Assembly (NCBI GenBank): GCA_021161465.1
Contig: JAGHAM010000003.1
Coordinates: forward strand, 2,631 to 66,630
From: Candidatus Iainarchaeum sp.
GTDB lineage: Archaea > B1Sed10-29 > WALL01 > JAGHAM01
DNA: 64,000 nt
Reading direction: 5' to 3'
The translations under genes were made by a program, and so were the position numbers. Below, piece after piece: positions 56,311 to 64,000 of the stretch. Each line of letters begins with the position of its first letter. Position 1 is the first letter of the stretch. The notes beneath the pieces were generated by a model. The model saw only the letters and a program-made list of their open reading frames with translations, did not search any database and was not told the DNA's origin.

Positions 56311-57566
56311 CCCTGCACCTCCATATCAGGATAAAGCGGAAACTTTGAGCAAAGTTCCTTTACATCTTCCCTTATGCCTGCTTTTACAAGGGAATTCTCT
56401 GGATTATCAAGCGCTTTGACTATGAGCTCAGCTAGGTACTCCATTTCGCTTTCTTCCATCCCTCTGCTTGTAAGGGCTGGCGTGCCTAGCCGTATACCAC
56501 TTGGGTCAAATGGTTTCCTTGGGTCAAATGGAATCATATTCTTGTTTACAGTTATGCCAACTTCCTCAAGCAACTCTTCTGCCTGCTTTCCTGAGAGCCC
56601 TTTTGAGGTCACATCTGCAAGCACCAGATGATTGTCAGTTCCACCAGTGATTATATCCAATCCATTCTCCATCAACCTATCAGCAAGCACTTTACAGTTC
56701 TTAACTATCTGTTTGGCGTACTTCTTGAAGTCTTCTCCCATGGCCTCCTTGAAACATATGGCCTTTCCAGCAATTACATGCTCATGTGGCCCTCCTTGGA
56801 GTGAGGGGAATACTGCATGGTCTATAGCTTTTGCATATTCCCTCTTTGACAGTATCAATCCACCTCTTGGCCCCCTCAATGTTTTGTGTGTGGTTGAGGT
56901 AACAACATCAGCATGTGGAAACGCGTTTGGGTGAACGCCACCAGCTATCAACCCTGCTATGTGAGCCATGTCCACTAATAAATATGCTTCTGCCTCCTGA
57001 GCTATCTCTCCAAAGGCTTTGAAGTCGTACTTTCTTGGGTATGCTGTGGCACCAGCGATAATTAGCTTCGGTTTCTCCTGTAGCGCAATCTTCTTAACCT
57101 CATCATAATCTATTAGATGGCTCTCTTTGTCTACACCATAGTGAACAGCTTTGTAGTACTTTGAGGAGAAACTCACTCTATGGCCATGCGTTAGGTGCCC
57201 ACCGTGTGCAAGGCTCATACCCATTATTTTATCCCCTGGCTCGAGGAGCGCGTAATAGACAGCCATGTTTGCAGGGCTCCCTGAGTATGGCTGAACATTG
57301 GCATGTTCGGCACCAAATAGTTGCTTTGCCCTTTCTATTGCCAGGTTTTCAACAGCGTCTACAAATTCCTGCCCGCCGTAATACCTTTTACCTGGATAAC
57401 CTTCGGAGTATTTTGAGTTGAATATGGAGGCCATCGCCTTGAGCACTGCAGTGCTGCAGTAATTCTCTGAGGGAATCATCTCCAGTGTACTCCTCTGTCT
57501 CTCAAGTTCACCGTGTATTGCATCAAAAACTTCCCGGTCAGCTTTTTTTATCTCATTGTAATCCAT
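56307..57566 (-). CDS. glyA: Serine hydroxymethyltransferase
   Basis: [42 protein letters not shown]. Confidence 0.97.
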   Translation of the reverse strand: MDYNEIKKADREVFDAIHGELERQRSTLEMIPSENYCSTAVLKAMASIFNSKYSEGYPGKRYYGGQEFVDAVENLAIERAKQLFGAEHANVQPYSGSPANMAVYYALLEPGDKIMGMSLAHGGHLTHGHRVSFSSKYYKAVHYGVDKESHLIDYDEVKKIALQEKPKLIIAGATAYPRKYDFKAFGEIAQEAEAYLLVDMAHIAGLIAGGVHPNAFPHADVVTSTTHKTLRGPRGGLILSKREYAKAIDHAVFPSLQGGPHEHVIAGKAICFKEAMGEDFKKYAKQIVKNCKVLADRLMENGLDIITGGTDNHLVLADVTSKGLSGKQAEELLEEVGITVNKNMIPFDPRKPFDPSGIRLGTPALTSRGMEESEMEYLAELIVKALDNPENSLVKAGIREDVKELCSKFPLYPDMEVQG

Positions 57567-57662
57567 CCAGTTACCCCCATATTTTTTAAGAATGAGATTG
57601 TTTAAAACGGTTTCTAAGGCCTAGGCAAAACTTTAATATTCATATAAGCCCTAACTAAAAGC

Positions 57663-58328
57663 ATGCCCGAGAAAGAAGTCAGCAAGATGAATTTTGATGA
57701 GTTTGAGGAGCATATAAAGAAGCTAAGTCCAGGGAAGCGTGGTTTCAAGAAACGTGCGTTTAATCATTTTGATGAACTTTTTGAGAAAAAATTTGGGTTT
57801 AAAGACAGCGAGCACAGGAAGAAAGTAATTCACCAAATATTGGATAGGCTTAATGTTGGGGATTCCCTGTACACAGCTATGAACGAAACTGCTGTTGTTC
57901 CACTTTCTTTGAAGGAAAAAGAGCTCAAGTATTACGGCAATATCGAAAGAGATTGGGTTGGAGAGCATATAGAAAGGATAAGATTCTCAAAAGACGGGAT
58001 AGTGAAATATCCTAGGGAATCGCTGAGAGAAGCTTACACGCCAGCAGAACTCAAAAAACAAATCAAAGCATATCTCGATACAAGTGCAGGTCCAGAGCAC
58101 GGATATCATATAGAAGATACTATGGCAAAGGCATTGGCAAGCTTGGCATGTGAAGGAATAACAACAAGTTTTGATGAATTGAAGCATTACCTAAATGTCC
58201 CAGGGGTACCACAGGAAAGCAGAAAGAAAATTGAAAAATGGCTTGAAACGTCTAGGTATCACAGGGAAGCAGAGTCATTGAGAGGACGGAGAGAAGCAAG
58301 GTCACATTCCAGGGGGAGCAGGCAATAG
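57663..58328 (+). CDS. Hypothetical charged protein with Arg-rich tail
   Basis: BRE/TATA-like GCAAAA-CTTTAATA about 25 nt upstream; no motif recognised. Confidence 0.65.
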   Translation: MPEKEVSKMNFDEFEEHIKKLSPGKRGFKKRAFNHFDELFEKKFGFKDSEHRKKVIHQILDRLNVGDSLYTAMNETAVVPLSLKEKELKYYGNIERDWVGEHIERIRFSKDGIVKYPRESLREAYTPAELKKQIKAYLDTSAGPEHGYHIEDTMAKALASLACEGITTSFDELKHYLNVPGVPQESRKKIEKWLETSRYHREAESLRGRREARSHSRGSRQ

Positions 58329-58377
58329 TTATTTAACCCATAGATTATAAATTAATAAGATTCTCTAGGTAATATTT

Positions 58378-59739
58378 ATGTGTGGTATAATCGGAATTAG
58401 TGACGGGGATTCAACACAGGTTTATGCTGGTCTATATGCACTGCAGCATCGTGGGCAGGACAGCTGTGGCATATTAACTTATGATAAAGAGGAGTTCTAC
58501 CTTAAGAAGGCGCCAGGCCTAGTTACCGAGGCTTTCACGGAGAATAGCTTGCGGGAACTTAAGGGCAACATGGGGATTGGCCAGGTTAGGTACCCTACTG
58601 TAGGCGGTGATTTCTCGAGGGATGCGCAACCATTCTTTTCAACATCGCCAGTTAGCATTGGTATAGCCCACAATGGAAACATAGCTAACTATGCGAAGAT
58701 ACGGAAAAAGGTTGGTAAACTAACTTCGTGGTGCGATGTTGAAGTTATCCTAAATATCCTGGCAAATGAGTTATCAGCAGAGAAGGACATTTTTGCTGCA
58801 GTTGCCAGTGTTATGAGCCAGGTTAACGGCGCTTATTCTGTGGTTAGCATTGTGGACAAGGTAGGCATGGTTGTTTTCAGGGACCCATTCGCAATAAGGC
58901 CTCTGGTTGAGGGTGAGGGCGTGTTCGCCTCAGAGAGTGTCGCGCTTGATATAATTGGCAAGAAGCTTGAGGGCGATGTCAAACCAGGCGAGTGTATAGT
59001 GATAAACGATGGTTCTGTTGAGAGGAGAAGGCTGGTTAAGGAGAAACCAAGGCATTGCATGTTTGAGTATGTTTATTTTAGCAGGCCTGATTCCATAGTT
59101 GAGGGCAAGAGTGTTTATGAGGTAAGGGTAAACATGGGTAGGGAGCTTGCCAAGAAGTGGGATAAAGATGCAGATGTTGTTGTTCCTGTCCCGGATACTG
59201 CAAGGGCCGCTGCTTTTGGATTCTCTGAGGAAACTGGAATACCCTATAGGGAAGGTTTGATAAAGAACAGGTATGTTGGGAGGACTTTTATAATGCCAAG
59301 CCAGTCAAGCAGGGAGAATGCCGTTAGGATAAAATTAAACCCGATAAAAAACGTCCTGAAAGGGAAAAAGGTAGTTCTGGTGGAGGATTCTGTTGTAAGA
59401 GGCACTACATCAAAGAACCTGATAGACCTTGTGAGGAGTGCAGGCGCAAAGGAGGTGCACTTTGCAGTTTCCTGCCCGCCAATCCGTTGGCCATGTTTCT
59501 ACGGGATAGACATGACGCGCAAGGGAGAACTGTTCGCAGCTAATGTTGAAGACGCTGAAAAAGAACTAGCTAAAAAGATAGGTGCAGACTCAGTGATTTA
59601 CCAAACACTGGATGGCCTGAAGAAGGCGATAGGCATACCAAACCTTTGCACTGCCTGTATCGATGGGAACTACCCAACGGATGTTTCGTTCCTGCTGAAT
59701 AATCATAAGGAGGGCAAGCGACCTTACGAGGAGGACTAA
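58378..59739 (+). CDS. purF: Amidophosphoribosyltransferase
   Basis: MCGIIG, LQHRGQ, CMFEYVYFSRPDS, VEDSVVRGTTS. Confidence 0.96.
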   Translation: MCGIIGISDGDSTQVYAGLYALQHRGQDSCGILTYDKEEFYLKKAPGLVTEAFTENSLRELKGNMGIGQVRYPTVGGDFSRDAQPFFSTSPVSIGIAHNGNIANYAKIRKKVGKLTSWCDVEVILNILANELSAEKDIFAAVASVMSQVNGAYSVVSIVDKVGMVVFRDPFAIRPLVEGEGVFASESVALDIIGKKLEGDVKPGECIVINDGSVERRRLVKEKPRHCMFEYVYFSRPDSIVEGKSVYEVRVNMGRELAKKWDKDADVVVPVPDTARAAAFGFSEETGIPYREGLIKNRYVGRTFIMPSQSSRENAVRIKLNPIKNVLKGKKVVLVEDSVVRGTTSKNLIDLVRSAGAKEVHFAVSCPPIRWPCFYGIDMTRKGELFAANVEDAEKELAKKIGADSVIYQTLDGLKKAIGIPNLCTACIDGNYPTDVSFLLNNHKEGKRPYEED

Positions 59740-61137
59740 ATGAGGGCTTTGTTAGTCGGGAACGGTGCGAGAGAGCACTCAATTGCGGAAGCTCTTGCAA
59801 GAGACAGCGATGTTTATGCTTTTATGAAGGCAAAGAACCCAGGGATTGCACGAATAGCAAAGGAGCATACTTTGGGTGACTTAAATGACAATTCAGCCAT
59901 AGCTAGCTTTGCAGAGGAAGTCAATCCTGATTTTGTGATAGTCGGTCCGGAAAATCCACTTGCAAATGGGGTTACGGATGTATTAGAAGAGAAAGGTTTT
60001 AAGGTGGTTGGCCCGGACAAGCAGCTTGCAAAGCTTGAGTCAGACAAAAGCTTCACCCGCGAGTTCATGAAAAGGCAGAATGTCTTTGGCGCGCCTGATT
60101 TTCAGGTCTGCAGGTCGTATGATGAAGCAGTCGATGCTATAGACCGCATACAGAATGTGGTTGTCAAGGCAGCTGGTCTTGTTGGCGGGAAGGGAGTTAA
60201 GGTTCTTGGTGACCAATTGAAGAGCCTGGATGAAGCAAAGGCTTATGCAAAAGATGTGCTTGACTGCAAAATCGGCCCAATTCCACGTGTTGTCATAGAA
60301 GAGAAGTTAGAGGGTGAGGAGTTTTCACTACAGGCTTTTGTGGATGGGAAGCACGTCATACCAATGCCACTAGCTCAGGACCACAAGCGCGCATACGACG
60401 ATGATAAAGGTCCAATGACCGGTGGTATGGGCTCTTATTCGGATTCAGACCACCTATTGCCGTTTGTTACTGAGGAAGACAGGGCGAAGGCTTTAAGGAT
60501 AATGCAGGAGACAGTTGAGGCGCTGTATAAGGAAACTTGGAAGTATTACAAAGGCGTTCTGTATGGTGGATTCATGCTAACAGCTGATGGGCCGCGGCTG
60601 CTTGAATACAATGTTCGTTTCGGTGACCCAGAGGCAATGAACGTGCTCCCAATAATGGAAAACCCGCTTACGGAAGTCTGCCAGCAAATAGTGGATGGGA
60701 CTTTAACCAGTGTTGATTTTCAGGAAAAGGCAACTGTCTGCAAATATGTGGTGCCAAAAGGCTACCCAACAAGCCCTGTTGGCGGAGCTAAGATAGAGGT
60801 TACACCAGTGGAAGGTGTCCGGACTTATTATTCCTCGGTTGATGAGCGCGAGGATGGCCTCTATATGACTTCATCACGCGCTGTCGCCTTTCTGGGAATA
60901 GCCGATATGATTGAGGAAGCTGAAAAGCAAGCCAGGCGCGCACTTTCAGGAGTTAGCGGGCCCGTGTTCTACAGGGATGACATAGGGACGCGCGAGCTTA
61001 TACAAAAGCGCATTGAGCATATGCAGAAGTTAAGGTCAGCTGGTACAGCAGCCCAGCAGGCTACAGATTCAACCCCATCGGAGACCAAGTCAGTTTCTCA
61101 GCAACCAACAAGCAAAATCAATACAGAAGAGCTATGA
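59740..61137 (+). CDS. purD: Phosphoribosylamine--glycine ligase
   Basis: GNGAREH, GPENPL, QDHKR...GPMTGGMG, EYNVRFGDPE. Confidence 0.96.
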   Translation: MRALLVGNGAREHSIAEALARDSDVYAFMKAKNPGIARIAKEHTLGDLNDNSAIASFAEEVNPDFVIVGPENPLANGVTDVLEEKGFKVVGPDKQLAKLESDKSFTREFMKRQNVFGAPDFQVCRSYDEAVDAIDRIQNVVVKAAGLVGGKGVKVLGDQLKSLDEAKAYAKDVLDCKIGPIPRVVIEEKLEGEEFSLQAFVDGKHVIPMPLAQDHKRAYDDDKGPMTGGMGSYSDSDHLLPFVTEEDRAKALRIMQETVEALYKETWKYYKGVLYGGFMLTADGPRLLEYNVRFGDPEAMNVLPIMENPLTEVCQQIVDGTLTSVDFQEKATVCKYVVPKGYPTSPVGGAKIEVTPVEGVRTYYSSVDEREDGLYMTSSRAVAFLGIADMIEEAEKQARRALSGVSGPVFYRDDIGTRELIQKRIEHMQKLRSAGTAAQQATDSTPSETKSVSQQPTSKINTEEL

Positions 61138-61210
61138 TAGCAACTGCACAACTTAGCTTTGTAGATGGTGTGTTAATGGCTGATTGATGGTTTGCTACAT
61201 AACGCCGTAC

Positions 61211-63883
61211 TCATCCTGTGAAATTCTCCGTCCACTCTGGCTCACCGGGCGGGCTGGTTTTCAGGAGGTCGCGCCACTTCTCGTCTGTTAACCTTTCCTC
61301 CATTGGATGCTTGAATTCATAGTAGCTGAACGCAGGCCCAGCTCCCATAAGGACGCGCCCGTCCGGAACCTTATATGCAACCACGATGAGCTTGACATAC
61401 CCAACTCCCTCCTCAAGCACATTCCCACTGTTAGTGTCTGTATGCACATCTGCAACTATGGTGGTTTTTTTGGCTTTTTCATCAACATCACTTATAACTC
61501 CATTCAACTCTTTGCCAAAATTGTTGATGAAGTTGTAATCTTCCTCAGTGAGCTCTTCGTTGTTCAGTTCCTTATCTGAGATGTTCTCGAGCTTCTCCAG
61601 TACTGTTTCAAGGTTTTTCAGTCTACTCTTGGAGTTCTCATCTAGTACGCCCCTCTCATCAAGACCTTTGTTGGTCATTCGCGTGAGCGCTAACAGCCTC
61701 GCGTAAAACTCTGGAACTGGCTCAACATACCCAACGACATTTTTTGGTTTTGGAGGTGGCATACTCATCGCTATCGGTGTGTAACTTTGCTTTGCATAAA
61801 GGATAGTATCATGCCTCAACTCTGTCCATGAGGCTAGCGCTGTTGTCAGTTCCTTATCCTGCCACGCTTTGGTTTGCATGAAGGTTGGGTATCCATCACC
61901 GTATTCTTTGAGGAGTGGCTTTAAGGAATACAACCATGCCCAATATAAGTTCTTCTGCCACTGACTTTCATTAAGCGAGTCAAACTCATTTTTAAGTTTC
62001 TCGTGTTGAACTGTGTAGTTTACATAGTTGGAGTCATCAAGTTCACCAAGCAACTCTTTTGCTCTTTTGGAGCCAAGTATACCCATCACGTCAAGACCTC
62101 TTGGGAAACCCCTTATTGGTCCAGCTGCTGGCGATATGACGAGTGTGAATGGTCTCTCATTGCCATTGTAACCGTCAACTGCGGGCCACACTAAATTCTG
62201 GAACATGTACGAGTCTGGGATGAACCTCTGCCCCATTAAGCGGAAGCCCTTAGTCTTCTCGAGAAGTTTCTTCAAGTCCTCTTCAGTTGCCTCGGGTGAG
62301 AGGCCAACGTTCCCTGTTCCGCCATAAATTGCTGGGGTTCTGCATTGATTTAACTCGTTTTTCATTTCTTCAATTTTTTCAGGAGTTATATCACTTAGCG
62401 ACAAGGAACCTCCAAACACCTTGTTCATAGCTTCCACGTACTCATATGGCCCCAAGTCGTCTGAGTATCCCACATAGAACGCAGTCACTGAGTAAATTCT
62501 ATCCCACTTATTCATTGCGTCTTCGTCTGAGCTTAAGTCCTTTGCTATGAGTGTTGCTCCAGCAGTCTGTATCGTTGCGTTTTCAGGGTCAACCGGCCAG
62601 GGCTCCATGCATCCCGCTGGCTCACCTCCATTCAACAGGAAGCTCATCCTTCCGTACCACATCATGGCTTTGAAATAATTCTTGAGTTTCTCCGAACGGG
62701 TATAGTGACCTCTTGGCACATACTGGGAGTAATCCTCACAGTACTTGAATATTAGTGATTCTGAGAATCCTTGATGTTCGCTTATAAGTTTAAGTTCTCC
62801 TAGGACTTTCTCTTTAACGTAGTCAGGAACTGTGAATGTGTGATTCTTAACTTCATCCTCGGAAAAGTATTGGTCACCACATCTCCAATAAGCTTCCTCA
62901 CCTTTGTAAGGACAAGTCTGATTCTCTTTTGGTTGTAATAGACTCAGAGCTACAGAGAAGAAAGCCACGTTTCTTTTAGCGGCTTCTTTAACATCACCAC
63001 TTGAACTCCTGTAATCCTCTTCAGCCTTTCTAAGTAGCGCTTTGCTTATGTTCCATATATCATCGTAGAACTCTTTCTCCTCAATCTGCCTCAGCGTTTC
63101 GTCGAATTGTATGTGATACAAATGGAGAAGTGAATCTGATGTGATAAAGATTGGAACTTGCCTTTCCTTTAAAACATCGTAAGGGCCAGTTATATCTTCC
63201 TCCTGCCCATAAGGATAGTCAATCACAACGAAGCCGTTCCCACTTAGTTTTGCGGTTTGGTTTTGGCCAAGTGGAATAGCACCTGTGAACTCTTTGTAAT
63301 TGTAAACTTCGTTAACATCGAGAGGCAGAGGGTATTGGGCCACATGAGGGGTTACATCTACCCCAACTGGGGAGTAATAAGCAGCAAACAATGCTTTATT
63401 GGTTGCATTCTTGATCTCAGTTGGTGCTGATTCGTTCTGGGATATCCACCCTTTCTTGATTTCCTTCAATTCTATATCGTAATCTTTTTTCTCCAACCCG
63501 GTGAATTTGTAAGTCAGCTCATGCGCACATATGCAATTAGCACAAACTCCTTTAACTGTGCATGGCGTGTACTCGTACTTCAAAATAAGCTTGTTTCCAG
63601 AAAGCCCATAATCTCCCTTTTCAATTTCCTCTGCGCAGTTGATGCTGACTATTGCCTTTAGTTCGAGAGTTGTATCGTTAATCCAGTTTACTTCTTTGAT
63701 ACCAAGTTCACTCTGGTTGAAAGGATTTATGTGTTCGCTACATTCCCCAGTTGAAAACTCAAACTTTACTTTAGATGGCTTCTCCTCAACACACCCTACC
63801 AGCAGGGTAGCGGTGAGAGCCCCTAGGATTACTATCACAAGCAAAATGGACAATGTTTTCCTCACTTGCACCAACTCCAACAT
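61211..63883 (-). CDS. DUF3160 family lipoprotein-like protein
   Basis: LVGC lipobox; FITSDSLLH.YH, DYSQY.PRGHYT, SWTELRHDTILYAKQSY, GYVEP.PEFY, VADVHT. Confidence 0.85.
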   Translation of the reverse strand: MLELVQVRKTLSILLVIVILGALTATLLVGCVEEKPSKVKFEFSTGECSEHINPFNQSELGIKEVNWINDTTLELKAIVSINCAEEIEKGDYGLSGNKLILKYEYTPCTVKGVCANCICAHELTYKFTGLEKKDYDIELKEIKKGWISQNESAPTEIKNATNKALFAAYYSPVGVDVTPHVAQYPLPLDVNEVYNYKEFTGAIPLGQNQTAKLSGNGFVVIDYPYGQEEDITGPYDVLKERQVPIFITSDSLLHLYHIQFDETLRQIEEKEFYDDIWNISKALLRKAEEDYRSSSGDVKEAAKRNVAFFSVALSLLQPKENQTCPYKGEEAYWRCGDQYFSEDEVKNHTFTVPDYVKEKVLGELKLISEHQGFSESLIFKYCEDYSQYVPRGHYTRSEKLKNYFKAMMWYGRMSFLLNGGEPAGCMEPWPVDPENATIQTAGATLIAKDLSSDEDAMNKWDRIYSVTAFYVGYSDDLGPYEYVEAMNKVFGGSLSLSDITPEKIEEMKNELNQCRTPAIYGGTGNVGLSPEATEEDLKKLLEKTKGFRLMGQRFIPDSYMFQNLVWPAVDGYNGNERPFTLVISPAAGPIRGFPRGLDVMGILGSKRAKELLGELDDSNYVNYTVQHEKLKNEFDSLNESQWQKNLYWAWLYSLKPLLKEYGDGYPTFMQTKAWQDKELTTALASWTELRHDTILYAKQSYTPIAMSMPPPKPKNVVGYVEPVPEFYARLLALTRMTNKGLDERGVLDENSKSRLKNLETVLEKLENISDKELNNEELTEEDYNFINNFGKELNGVISDVDEKAKKTTIVADVHTDTNSGNVLEEGVGYVKLIVVAYKVPDGRVLMGAGPAFSYYEFKHPMEERLTDEKWRDLLKTSPPGEPEWTENFTG

Positions 63884-64000
63884 CTAGTATAAAATGAATC
63901 TGCCCATTTAAACGTTTTTTCAAATAGTTAGGTTTTGGCCGAAGTCTAGCAAGAATTAAAAGCAGACCCGCAGAAGGCGTGTTAGACGGTGGTTCTCCAA

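Overview
Archaeal chromosomal window. Archaeal markers include TATA/BRE promoters, archaeal-type ThrRS, Elp3, ABCE1, pelota, AK6 and class III signal-peptide pilins; the lineage cannot be assigned from this sequence alone. In order it contains: a NifX/CDF/MinD-ferredoxin metal-cofactor cluster, secFD, glmS with a divergent HTH regulator, a split FTCD, a class II ribonucleotide reductase operon with B12 handling genes, an NrdD-like protein lacking its radical machinery, thrS, a ~12.6 kb type IV pilus locus, and folate/purine genes (glyA-folD-purN, purF-purD). No rRNA, tRNA, CRISPR array or IS element was recognised. The most notable observations are: (1) an unannotated ~70-nt two-hairpin RNA gene with its own BRE/TATA and U-tract (25597-25667, minus strand); (2) a pilus locus with an embedded OB-fold + TctA-like + JAB module, suggesting a DNA-uptake machine; (3) an unannotated 48-aa microprotein resembling the C-terminal coiled coil of the divergently encoded ArsR regulator; (4) an intact but apparently catalytically dead class III RNR homolog. 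All family assignments come from motif recognition by eye, without database searches.
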